This document shows, in pieces, positions 41,880 through 51,433 of a DNA stretch of 64,000 nucleotides. The translations under genes were made by a program, and so were the position numbers. The notes beneath the pieces were generated by a model. That model had not been told where the DNA came from and did not search any database. It saw only the letters and a list, made by a program, of their open reading frames with translations. Origin of the DNA: Candidatus Bathyarchaeota archaeon (lineage in GTDB: Archaea > Thermoproteota > Bathyarchaeia > Bathyarchaeales > Bathycorpusculaceae); the NCBI GenBank assembly GCA_963826715.1, contig CAWGYA010000001.1, positions 36,715 through 100,714 on the forward strand, given 5' to 3'. Numbering within the stretch: the stretch's first letter is position 1; the number at the start of each line of letters is the position of its first letter.

Positions 41880-43187
41880 TTGGTCGATACAGTATCTGTG
41901 GCACTGATAATCAGTGCGCTAATAATTCTGATCGGTTTCTTAGGGAACTACCTTTTCAAGAAAACTGGCTTGCCTGATATGCTCATACTTATCTTTCTTG
42001 GAGTCCTTTTCGGACCAATTTTAGGGGTTTTTAGCCCAACAGCAGTAACTAGTTTCGCTCCTTACATAGCCGCTTTAGCCCTCGCTTACATTCTTTTTGA
42101 TGGAGGCATGGGCTTAAACATCCAACGGGTCCTACATAATAGCCCCAGAGCGGTTTTGCTGGCAGGTTTGGGCTTTCTTTTAACTGTTTTATCTGTCTGC
42201 GCCTTCACTGTCATAGTTTTGGGTGTTCCGTTGGTTTACGGTTTTCTCTTTGGAACAATCGTGGGAGGCAGCAGCTCTATAGTTGTGATTTCACTCGCAT
42301 CCCGAATCAAAATCAGCCAAAAGGGATCGATAATTCTCATATTGGAATCAGCTATAACTGATATTTTATGTATCGTAATCAGCCTATCGTTAATTGATGT
42401 AATCGTTACTGGACATGCCGACTTGGGCGGCATTATGTTGGGTATAGCAGGTAAGTTCTTAATCGGTATCGGCATTGGATTGGCATTGGGGTTCGCTTGG
42501 CTTTTTGCCCTAAGAAAAGTTGCGGATATGCCTTTCTCTTATATGTTGACATTAGGCATGGTGTTACTGGGTTATGCTGCTTCAGAGGGGTTGGGCGGCA
42601 GCGGTGCATTAAGCGCTTTGCTTTTTGGGTTAATCTTGGGAAACGAGCGTGAACTCTTTAAGGTGTTTAGAATAAACGAGGATAAAAATGAAGATGAAAA
42701 ACGTATGGTCTCAGTTAGTAAGGGATTAAAGCGTTTTCAAGCTGAAATCGCGTTCTTAATTAGAACATTCTTCTTTGTGTTTCTGGGGATAATTGTATCA
42801 ATTAATAGTATTTTCATCTTAGTTGCGGGCATAACCCTCTCGTTCATTCTTTTCGTGACCCGGTTTGGTGCAGTTTGGATTACTACGCGAAACTCGAGCA
42901 TGAAGGGCGACCAAGAAATAATGACCACAGTTCTGACTCGTGGGTTAGCCGCCGCAGTACTCGCAACCCTTCCAGCACAGTTTGGCTTGCCCTACTCTGA
43001 TCTATTCGTAGGCATAGCTGTAATTGTTATTGTAGCAACTGCCATCATGGCAACAGTAGGAACAATGATCATTGGACACCAAAAGCTTGCCCAGGGAAAC
43101 CAAAAGAAACAGGAAGCGGAAGAGCCCTCAGGTCCCTCCTTCTTCGAAAAAATACAAAAGAAACTGAAATTCAAATATGAAGGATAG
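41880..43187 (+). CDS. CPA1/NhaP-type cation:proton antiporter
   Basis: ILFDGG, LESAITD, FFFV.LG and RGLAAA motifs. Confidence 0.92.
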   Translation: MVDTVSVALIISALIILIGFLGNYLFKKTGLPDMLILIFLGVLFGPILGVFSPTAVTSFAPYIAALALAYILFDGGMGLNIQRVLHNSPRAVLLAGLGFLLTVLSVCAFTVIVLGVPLVYGFLFGTIVGGSSSIVVISLASRIKISQKGSIILILESAITDILCIVISLSLIDVIVTGHADLGGIMLGIAGKFLIGIGIGLALGFAWLFALRKVADMPFSYMLTLGMVLLGYAASEGLGGSGALSALLFGLILGNERELFKVFRINEDKNEDEKRMVSVSKGLKRFQAEIAFLIRTFFFVFLGIIVSINSIFILVAGITLSFILFVTRFGAVWITTRNSSMKGDQEIMTTVLTRGLAAAVLATLPAQFGLPYSDLFVGIAVIVIVATAIMATVGTMIIGHQKLAQGNQKKQEAEEPSGPSFFEKIQKKLKFKYEG

Positions 43188-43414
43188 ATTTTGAATCTCC
43201 AGTATTTACATTTACCAACTATCGTTTATGTCAAATCACAAAAAAATGGTGTCTAAACGACCTGAATATTGGGTTAACTCAATATTGTTGTCGAAAGGTT
43301 TTTTGGCGGTTTAATTACTTACCAAAAAATCGTTCATGCTAAAAGTGAAGCTTATTTTGATTTTCGGATGTGTATATAAAAAAGAACGATTGATATTTTT
43401 TTTCTTTTTAGTGT

Positions 43415-43870
43415 CTATTTTATTGATAAATACGAATTTTTTTTGAAAAGTTTTTCCTTGTTTTTCGCAAAGAATTGCCTAAACGATGAAGTCAAGACAT
43501 AGTCTTCCACTTCATTTAAGGGAACCCATCGAAGTTCTTCAGCATCACTTGCCGCTGCAATATCACCTTGTATCACTTCGACCAGGTAGTCAACGATGAT
43601 GTAGTGGTATTTCACTTTGCCCTCAGCATCACGCTCCACGTTGTCTACAACATCTATGAGTTCAGGGTTTTTGACGGCGAGGCAAGTTTCTTCTTTTGCT
43701 TCCCTAACAACAGTTTCTTGGATTTGTTCGCCCAACTCTACTAAGCCACCGGGGATGCTCCATTTTCCTTTGCCTGGGTCATTCCCTCTTTTTATAAGAA
43801 CGATTTTGCCATTTTGAACTATAATTACGCCTATACCTACAACCGGTTGGTCAGGGTAGAGTCTTTTCAA
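43415..43870 (-). CDS. NUDIX hydrolase
   Basis: Nudix box GGLVELGE......REAKEET. Confidence 0.93.
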   Translation of the reverse strand: MKRLYPDQPVVGIGVIIVQNGKIVLIKRGNDPGKGKWSIPGGLVELGEQIQETVVREAKEETCLAVKNPELIDVVDNVERDAEGKVKYHYIIVDYLVEVIQGDIAAASDAEELRWVPLNEVEDYVLTSSFRQFFAKNKEKLFKKNSYLSIK

Positions 43871-44390
43871 GCATAATACCTTTGGTTTAATGTTAGTTCT
43901 GCCTTAAAGCTTCTATGCAAGACATTTACGAACGTGTGTTTGAGATCTAAGTGTCCAGAAACTCTACGAAGGTCAACTTCGAATTTAGGTAAAGATGATT
44001 GTTCTGGGTATATGAAAAATCCTAAGCCTAATACTTTTGCTGTAATGTAACTTAATTTTATCTAATTAGATGAAATTTATTTGTAACTAAATCAAATGAT
44101 AAATAGCAAGGGTACTGTTTTGAGGCCAAGTAATTAGCGAGGTGTTAATCGTTATGTCTATTTTGATAGAGAGTTATTAGAAGTGATGTTTCTGCAATAA
44201 TCTTTAGGAACAGATGCGGTATATATAATGAAGACTTAGTTGTCCGTTACTTTGCGAAGAGACAGTTAGGAGGACATTAAATGTGAGACGTTCTAATTAC
44301 CAATAATTTACATTGCAAATTATGTTTTAATCAATAAATTTAATTAACGTTGCCAAGTAAAATGCTAGTAAATCAGCTTGAGCTACTCCT

Positions 44391-45746
44391 ATGAAGGAAA
44401 CACTGAAGAAACTGTTCTCTAAACGCGCCTTAACAGTTGTTGTTGCAGCAGTGCTCATATTATCGATTTTAAACACATATTTTATCTTAGATGGGATTCA
44501 CTCCTCTATGACTACAAACGTGGTTAATTATGATTTTGTGCTTTCTCACGATACGGACAGCTACCAGCTAAAAAACATGCGTACTGGTTATGTTTCCGAG
44601 CAAACTCAGAGTGCATCCACTGCCTTAAATGTGGCATTTTCTCAGGGTAAATCCATTTATCTAAACCCCGGAACCTACAGCCTAACAAGCGATGTGCTTA
44701 TTACAAACAAACTAAATGCTAAAATTGTCAGCGATGGCGCAGTGCTTGAAGGGAATGGTTACAGAATCGTGGTGTATGGTGAAAACTACACTGCATCTCA
44801 ATACATGCAAATCTCAGGGTTAACCATAATTGATGGCACTGTGCATGTGGAAAACACTTTTGGCGCAACCATCAGTGATACTAAATTCATCAACTGCACA
44901 ACCGCTTTAGAATTTGCCAACACCAACACTTGGAGTGAATACAATAAAATCGAAAATTGCCAGTTCATCAACGATACCGAGGGCATTGCGTTCCGCACCC
45001 CAATTGGCAAAGAGGCTACAGGTTCTTATGCTAGTTCAACCATCAATCGATGCTCTTTTAATCTAAAAGATAACTCAGTGGGCATAAACGTGGAGCCGCT
45101 AGCGGAATTCTCTGACAGTCAGCTTCAAAATATTCGTTTCTGGTTGGGTGAAAACGATCATTCTAGCCAAACTGCACTTGAAGTTGACGGCTCGATGCGC
45201 CAAACATTGCTTTTTGGGGTAGTTTTTGAATCCTTTAACGACGAACCCATCGAAATGTTTGGAATTGATTTAGGTGAAACCTGTAAAGGCGCCCCCACTG
45301 TTGATGATGGGGTGAGTTTTCTTGGCAACTGGACAGCGCGAATCCATAATCCTTTCGGTATTTGGATTGGCGGTGTCGGCAGTGTTTTTAATCTTGAAAA
45401 TACCGAAGTCCTTGTGGGTACAAGTGGGCAATTCAGTAAAAATATTACTATTGAACTATACGCGACTAATGTCCATACATTCAAACCCAAAATCATTGTC
45501 AACGGCAGTTTCCATAATAATGAAACCATAGTCGTGCGCATCCAAGTTGAATACATCGACAACGTTATCTCAAAGCCTTTAACTAAAACTTTCACTATCA
45601 GCGATTCAGTTTGGCTAAGCGATGACGAAATGTTAAGTCTCTTTCCTTCTCAGAGTATAGTTTGGGCTATAATTATAGATGCAAAAACTGTAGCCAATTC
45701 GACTGATGCCTCAGTTAAAATCAGTGGTTTCGGAACTACAGGGTAA
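44391..45746 (+). CDS. Membrane-anchored or secreted protein, probable beta-helix
   Basis: N-terminal TM helix; IYLNPGTY and repeated I.NC.F units. Confidence 0.7.
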   Translation: MKETLKKLFSKRALTVVVAAVLILSILNTYFILDGIHSSMTTNVVNYDFVLSHDTDSYQLKNMRTGYVSEQTQSASTALNVAFSQGKSIYLNPGTYSLTSDVLITNKLNAKIVSDGAVLEGNGYRIVVYGENYTASQYMQISGLTIIDGTVHVENTFGATISDTKFINCTTALEFANTNTWSEYNKIENCQFINDTEGIAFRTPIGKEATGSYASSTINRCSFNLKDNSVGINVEPLAEFSDSQLQNIRFWLGENDHSSQTALEVDGSMRQTLLFGVVFESFNDEPIEMFGIDLGETCKGAPTVDDGVSFLGNWTARIHNPFGIWIGGVGSVFNLENTEVLVGTSGQFSKNITIELYATNVHTFKPKIIVNGSFHNNETIVVRIQVEYIDNVISKPLTKTFTISDSVWLSDDEMLSLFPSQSIVWAIIIDAKTVANSTDASVKISGFGTTG

Positions 45747-45800
45747 CCAAGAAAGACGAAATCGCTTGAAAAATTCTATAAACATTTTGGAAGTTAGCAA

Positions 45801-46049
45801 CTATTTTTCTCCGAGGTTTTCAAGATAATCCACGAATTTCTCAAGTTCTATCTTATCCATGTTCAAAATAGTGGAGCGTTCAGCTTTAACATATTTTCTA
45901 AAAGATTCCAGGCATTGGCTTGAAGAAACATTTTCTTTGAATGTTCGAACTTGGTCGCGTTCAATTTTTATGCGATAAAGTGTTGCCAAAAAGGTGGCGA
46001 AGACAACCAATGTGTTACTAACGATTACGATTAAGGAAATATCAACCAT
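45801..46049 (-). CDS. Small membrane protein
   Basis: N-terminal hydrophobic helix, 82 aa. Confidence 0.55.
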   Translation of the reverse strand: MVDISLIVIVSNTLVVFATFLATLYRIKIERDQVRTFKENVSSSQCLESFRKYVKAERSTILNMDKIELEKFVDYLENLGEK

Positions 46050-46100
46050 TGAAAGTTCCCTTAGCTAAAAGGGTATATTAGGTTATTTTCCCTTTCGCCT

Positions 46101-47330
46101 CTATCGAGGACCATTGCTTTCCGGCAGAATGTTTAGCATCCGCAGGATTTTTTTGAATTCTTCCTCTTTTAGTGATGCACGTCGCCCGTTTGCGTAGATA
46201 CTTTTAACATGCTCAACTACGGTAGCCACTGTTTGGTCGTCGGGAGTATTGCCTGCAAGCTCTGTGATTTTGTGTTTAATGATGCCTTTTCCGGACTGCT
46301 TGCCGATGGTTAAGCGTCTAACGTTTCCAACTAGTTCCGGTGGATATGGCTCATATGTCCAGGGGTCGTTGAGGACGCCGTGGGTATGGATACCTGATTC
46401 ATGCGCGAAACCATAGTCACCTACGATTGCCTTGTTAGGCGGAACTGTGAACCCTGTTGCTTTGCCTATGAAGTCTGCAGTTGCTTTTAGTTTCTCGGTT
46501 TTACCCTCGAATTTTTTGACGCCATAATGCAAGTAGAGGTTAAGGATGACTTTCTCCGTTTCGGCGTTTCCTGCGCGTTCTCCAATGCCTAGGTAGGTAG
46601 TACTTGCGTAGATCGTGTCCCAAACTCCTGATGCTGCTTTAATGGCTGCCATCGTGTTTTCCACGGCATTACCGAAGTCATCGTGTGCGTGTACTTCTAT
46701 AGCGCGAATGCGGGTTTGCTTCTTTATCGCCAACACCTTAGCGGGGATACCATGCGGCAAAGGCGCCTGAGCATCGGACAAGCCTATGCCAACAGTGTCA
46801 CAGACCCTATAACATTCAGCACCTGCATCGGCAACTGAATTGATGAATTCTGCCTCAAAGTCCCAGTCCGCGCGAGTGCTATCCTCGCCATGTACAAACG
46901 TTCTCAATCCACAGGTTTTTGCGGCGTATTCAGTTACATCAACAATGTTGGATAGTATTTCTTCTCTGGTTTTTTCTGGCCATTTGGCTTTGAAGTGTAT
47001 GTCAGAGACTGGATGAGAGATTCCTACTTCTTTAAATCCACATTGCACTGCGCTGTCAATATCTTCTCTGACGGCTCTGCACCAACCTGCAATCCGTAAA
47101 TCCAGATTGAGCCCGCTGATGAGTTTAGCTGCTTTTTTATCAGGTTCCTGATAATGGAACAACTCAATGCGCTCTACCCCGATCTCGTTTAGCATCTGAG
47201 CAATTTTTGCTGCGTCCTTTGGCGCAACGGCTAAACCGGGCATCTGGATGCCGTCCCGAAGGGTAGTATCATCTATTATAGATTGAGTTTTAAGCCGAGG
47301 CATTTTGAAGAAGTAATCGTTAATGTCCAT
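46101..47330 (-). CDS. DRE-TIM metallolyase (homocitrate/Re-citrate/isopropylmalate synthase family) without regulatory domain
   Basis: DTTLRDG.Q, HAHDDFG, GIGERAGNA and HESGIH motifs. Confidence 0.88.
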   Translation of the reverse strand: MDINDYFFKMPRLKTQSIIDDTTLRDGIQMPGLAVAPKDAAKIAQMLNEIGVERIELFHYQEPDKKAAKLISGLNLDLRIAGWCRAVREDIDSAVQCGFKEVGISHPVSDIHFKAKWPEKTREEILSNIVDVTEYAAKTCGLRTFVHGEDSTRADWDFEAEFINSVADAGAECYRVCDTVGIGLSDAQAPLPHGIPAKVLAIKKQTRIRAIEVHAHDDFGNAVENTMAAIKAASGVWDTIYASTTYLGIGERAGNAETEKVILNLYLHYGVKKFEGKTEKLKATADFIGKATGFTVPPNKAIVGDYGFAHESGIHTHGVLNDPWTYEPYPPELVGNVRRLTIGKQSGKGIIKHKITELAGNTPDDQTVATVVEHVKSIYANGRRASLKEEEFKKILRMLNILPESNGPR

Positions 47331-47506
47331 TTTATGCTCTCCTTAGTCTAGATTTGGTGTTTTCCAAACGTTTTTGTAACGCTAAATAGCGCATATGTGA
47401 TGTTGATAAACATTTCTCTCACGATTTGTAAATTTATTAAATTCAATATATGACTTAAATCAAAAATGTCTTGACACGATGTAAATAGAATCTTTACAGA
47501 AAAATA

Positions 47507-47818
47507 TTAAATATTGGAGAAAAGCGCCTTAAGCGTTCCCGAAATAGCCAACACATGCAAAGATGCCGGTTCACCAGCCACACAAGTTACTGTGGCTAAC
47601 GAAGCTCGAACCGAGGACAATGAAGCAAGAAAAGCCCTAATCACAAACAATTTGCGTTCCGCACTAAAATCAATCAGTGCCAACCCAGTCAAACTTGCGC
47701 CCGTTTCACCGTACATGCGGGAAACAGAAGCCCAAACAGTGTCCATAAACTCGCGCTCAGTGGGCAAGACATCGCATTCAAGTTGAACTGCTAAATATCT
47801 TCGCTTAACCCGCTTCAA
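47507..47818 (-). CDS. rnp2: RNase P protein component 2 (Pop5/Rpp14)
   Basis: KRRYL and SGTLK motifs; next to Rpp30. Confidence 0.88.
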   Translation of the reverse strand: MKRVKRRYLAVQLECDVLPTEREFMDTVWASVSRMYGETGASLTGLALIDFSAERKLFVIRAFLASLSSVRASLATVTCVAGEPASLHVLAISGTLKALFSNI

Positions 47819-48549
47819 ATTACACTGCCCTCCTTGACAACTCGTATGCCGGGGGCTACAAAATTAGAGGTTAACTTTTCTCTATTACGCTCAACAATCG
47901 CTGAGGGAATGGTGGATACTGAATCGAGTGCTTCGGTTTCGCTTAATCCAATTAGGTATGCTATACTTGCTAGGTCTCGAGGCATCCGTGTGTGTTGAAG
48001 CTCGGTGGCTCCGCTTGAAATCACAACTGGTACATGAAACTCTTTTGCAATGGTGACCTCTCGTCGTAAACTCGATAGCAACCTAACCCGGGATGGGCCC
48101 TCTAATACCAAAATTGATTTAGTGTCCACTTCTAACGCAGTATGAGTGCAACTGGCAAGTTCTGCTTCTGCTCGATCGAAAAAGCGTTTATGGTAATCGA
48201 GGCTTGGGAAGTTGATGAGATCTACGCGGTGATCTTTGGCGGCTTGGCGAGATACTTCTTTTTGGTCGCATATTATTGAAATTATTTCGAGTTTTCGTCG
48301 GAACTTGCGCAGAAAGCGCATCAAGTCCTCTTGATTGCGGGGTTTATAGTCTGCGCGTGTAACAAAATCTATGCCTACCTGGTTGCAGGCTGCTTTTAGG
48401 TTTTTTATTTGGTCGTCTATTAGTTCTCCAGTAAAGGGGATGCTAATTTTATGGTACCCAAGAGTGGCCGCCCGCTCTATAGCATTCTCTGTTGCTTTTT
48501 GATCTTTGGGGTTTATTCTAAGGTGCAAATCTGTGAAACTACGGGTCAT
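47815..48549 (-). CDS. rnp3: RNase P protein component 3 (Rpp30)
   Basis: DLH, R.AA....VD.I and SSGA......R.PRDL motifs. Confidence 0.9.
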   Translation of the reverse strand: MTRSFTDLHLRINPKDQKATENAIERAATLGYHKISIPFTGELIDDQIKNLKAACNQVGIDFVTRADYKPRNQEDLMRFLRKFRRKLEIISIICDQKEVSRQAAKDHRVDLINFPSLDYHKRFFDRAEAELASCTHTALEVDTKSILVLEGPSRVRLLSSLRREVTIAKEFHVPVVISSGATELQHTRMPRDLASIAYLIGLSETEALDSVSTIPSAIVERNREKLTSNFVAPGIRVVKEGSVI

Positions 48550-49004
48550 GGCAGCAACCCAGCTTTTTTGATTAACTCTATAATTTGCTGAGCTGTTTTA
48601 TCCTTAAAATGAATTTTTAGATGAATTGGGTCGGTTTGGTTGAATTTAATTGCGCTTGAAAACGCGGCTTGTTTATCAAATCGCAAATAAAGATTGCCTT
48701 TCTCGAGGTGGAGCTTAATGTTCTCGTTTAACTCTTCTTTGTCGAGAGAACTCAATTCTTTACCGATCTTTTCTAGTGTGGAGGGAAGAAGCTTACGGTC
48801 AGTTAGTTTGGCAGTAAAAAGGATAATTGGGTTTGAATAGTGTCCGGTTAGGTTTGTTTTTTGGAAAATTAGGAGTTCTTGGAGGGCTTCTGGAAATAGG
48901 TTTTTAGCGGCAGTTTCCACTTTCTCTGCATTTTCTGTAGCGTGCGCGAAGACCCGGATATCTATGTATCCAATTGATTTGGTTGCGTCAACGTTGTCAG
49001 CCAT
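48546..49004 (-). CDS. RNA-binding protein (COG1325, exosome-operon associated)
   Basis: HATE..EKV, GHY.NPI and LYLRFDKQAA motifs; ATG at 49004. Confidence 0.87.
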   Translation of the reverse strand: MADNVDATKSIGYIDIRVFAHATENAEKVETAAKNLFPEALQELLIFQKTNLTGHYSNPIILFTAKLTDRKLLPSTLEKIGKELSSLDKEELNENIKLHLEKGNLYLRFDKQAAFSSAIKFNQTDPIHLKIHFKDKTAQQIIELIKKAGLLP

Positions 49005-49137
49005 TGAGTATCTCTCTTTCTTGCTGTTACTTCTAACTCCGATCATTTAGAAGTTTTGTTTTTAATGACAAATCTAAATGCACAATCATCACAAAGCGTG
49101 AAATACAGCTATGCCTCGCAGATAACCTCTACATCAA

Positions 49138-50061
49138 TTACTCTATGAATTGTTCAAGGTATTCTACGATTAGCGCATACGCCTGCGGCCCATCAGGACC
49201 AGATCTAACGCCGTTTTCGCACCTAATCAGCATTTCACCTTCAGATTCTGACTTCGGCTCATTGTATTTAATCCGATAAACACAGCCCGTTACCAATTTG
49301 TTATTAATCTGGAATGTCAATAGAGGAAACTTTACGCCGGGTAAAAACAAATCATATTTTTCCCCCGGGCGAGGCTCAATAATAAAGATCTTAAGTTCAC
49401 CGAGTTTGAAAATACTTTCTAAAAGTGAGCTGTTAAATGGTGGAAAAGAAGATTGTGAATTCGACTTAACTTTTTTTGTTACCTGATTTATCATATCTAC
49501 AAGCGTATCTATGCCCCAGAGTTCAATTCCGTTTGATTGAGCGTCGATGGCGGCTTTTTTTGTGAAAAATGTGGTGGCTATAACGATGGATTTGTTGCAT
49601 TCATAGATGTGTTTTGCACTTTGAGCTGTCAAGACGATCGTATCAGAAACAACGAGGTTTCTAGAGTATTTGCGAGCTTGAACTGAGATGCGCTCTCCAT
49701 CTTTGTTGGCAACTAAGTCTATTCCTGAGGCTGTTGGATAACTTTCCACTTCAACCCTAAAACCTGATTCTTGTAGCAGCCACTTTATGAAAAGCTCAAA
49801 TTCTTTTTCTGAGAGAGAATCAATAGCATATCCGGGGGTTTGAGAGGATGCTTCAATGCGGATATTTTTTTCCAATATAGTTCTGAGAGTTTTTCGAGGA
49901 GGATTTTTTGGAAGAAGATATAGTTTTTCAATTCGGCTAGCCAGTTCCTCAGCTTTGAAGATGGGTAATTGTAGTCTGTCCTCCAAAAAATCTACAAGGT
50001 CAATGTTTGGGTACCTTGCAACTATTTCCTTGAGTAAGCCATTAAGGTGTAAATTATCCAT
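49138..50061 (-). CDS. Mrr-like restriction endonuclease domain protein
   Basis: EFELFIKWLL...GF, GIDLVA, VQARKY, FTK.A...A....IELW; extra N- and C-terminal domains. Confidence 0.85.
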   Translation of the reverse strand: MDNLHLNGLLKEIVARYPNIDLVDFLEDRLQLPIFKAEELASRIEKLYLLPKNPPRKTLRTILEKNIRIEASSQTPGYAIDSLSEKEFELFIKWLLQESGFRVEVESYPTASGIDLVANKDGERISVQARKYSRNLVVSDTIVLTAQSAKHIYECNKSIVIATTFFTKKAAIDAQSNGIELWGIDTLVDMINQVTKKVKSNSQSSFPPFNSSLLESIFKLGELKIFIIEPRPGEKYDLFLPGVKFPLLTFQINNKLVTGCVYRIKYNEPKSESEGEMLIRCENGVRSGPDGPQAYALIVEYLEQFIE

Positions 50062-50062
50062 G

Positions 50063-51433
50063 TTAAGTCTCCGTCTTATGTTGGGCGTGTTTAGGGCACA
50101 ATTGTCCCCGAAATTCAGCGGTGTATTTTAAATTGATTTTTGAAAAAACCTTTCCGCAAACACTACATAATCCATAGTGATTGATACAAACGCTTGAGTT
50201 ATCGTGACTACATTTGAATTCAAGTAAACGACTATGTTTTTTTCCACAGACAGAACAGATAAAACCCGAATCTGATTCAATATATTCTTTTAGAGTTTCA
50301 TCTATTGTCAACGTTGCTTTCTTGGAATAAATTTTTTGGGTTTCTATAGATTGCCTAATACAATCAGCGCAGACATATTGCTCATCATATGTTGCATAAC
50401 CTTCTGAGAAGGTTTTTCGGCAAATAGGACAGGTCACTTCTACGTTATGGTTTATTCCTAACATTAGAGAGGAGTGTATAGTTGAGTTGTTGTCGAGGTT
50501 TACTTCAAACTTGATTTTGAAGGTGTTGATTATGAGTAGATTTAGGAACTTTACGGTTATATGGGTTATATAGGATTCTTCTTCGCGTTTTAGAAGTGCT
50601 TCATAATTAGCTTGCCATTTTGGGAAATCAAAATCAATTTTTTTTGATATTGCATGTTCGCGGCGTTCTCGGCTAAGCCTTTTATCGAAGCTTTGAAGTT
50701 TAGCTTTTTTATCTTTATAAAGTGGCAAGTCAAAGAGCACCAGTTTCTCTCTAAGAAGGTTATCCATGCGTTCATCTACAACTGCTTTTAGTTTTTCGAA
50801 AATGTCCACTTTGAGTTTTGATTTATAATCTTCAATAGAAATTGTACAATCGTTTTGAAAAATTTCATCGCTATACTCGCTGACGCGTAAGACGTTGAAC
50901 TTTTCGTTTACTAGTAGGGTAATAATTTCTTGATTTTTTGATCGTAACTTATTTTGAAAATTAGCTGAGAAATAAAATTTGAAAAAACGTACAGGTTCCT
51001 TTTTTACAATGTTTACTGAAGTAATTTTGCCATTATTTACTAGGTGGCAACAGGGCTGATTTTTTACGCAGATGTTGACAGTTTCTTTCTCCAAATGTAC
51101 TTTTTCGCAGTCTATACAAGCAAAAGAGCCTTCTTTGAAGTGTCTTGAGATTAAAGCGGCAGGGTCTTTTGGTTTGAGCAAAACTTGACTAAGCACTCCT
51201 TCTTCTAGGCAGTTATGCAATATCTGTTGAAACGTCTGGCTTCCTATTGCAATAAGAGGTATTTTTTTTTCTTTTGAAAGTGCAAAATTATAGGTGAATT
51301 CTTCAGATGCCGGTTTATCTTGGTAGGTTACTTTGAAGGTTTCGTTTGATAGATTGTTAATTGTGCCTTTTCTAGATTCCACATATTCCTTAATGAAATG
51401 GCGAATTTGTATGTCAGTTGGTTTTGTGTTCAA
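50063..51433 (-). CDS. Hypothetical multi-Zn-finger protein, possibly YqhG-like
   Basis: Several CxxC/CxxH pairs (CIDC, CPIC, CADC, CSVC, CINH, CPKH); overlaps the helicase stop codon. Confidence 0.75.
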   Translation of the reverse strand: MNTKPTDIQIRHFIKEYVESRKGTINNLSNETFKVTYQDKPASEEFTYNFALSKEKKIPLIAIGSQTFQQILHNCLEEGVLSQVLLKPKDPAALISRHFKEGSFACIDCEKVHLEKETVNICVKNQPCCHLVNNGKITSVNIVKKEPVRFFKFYFSANFQNKLRSKNQEIITLLVNEKFNVLRVSEYSDEIFQNDCTISIEDYKSKLKVDIFEKLKAVVDERMDNLLREKLVLFDLPLYKDKKAKLQSFDKRLSRERREHAISKKIDFDFPKWQANYEALLKREEESYITHITVKFLNLLIINTFKIKFEVNLDNNSTIHSSLMLGINHNVEVTCPICRKTFSEGYATYDEQYVCADCIRQSIETQKIYSKKATLTIDETLKEYIESDSGFICSVCGKKHSRLLEFKCSHDNSSVCINHYGLCSVCGKVFSKINLKYTAEFRGQLCPKHAQHKTET

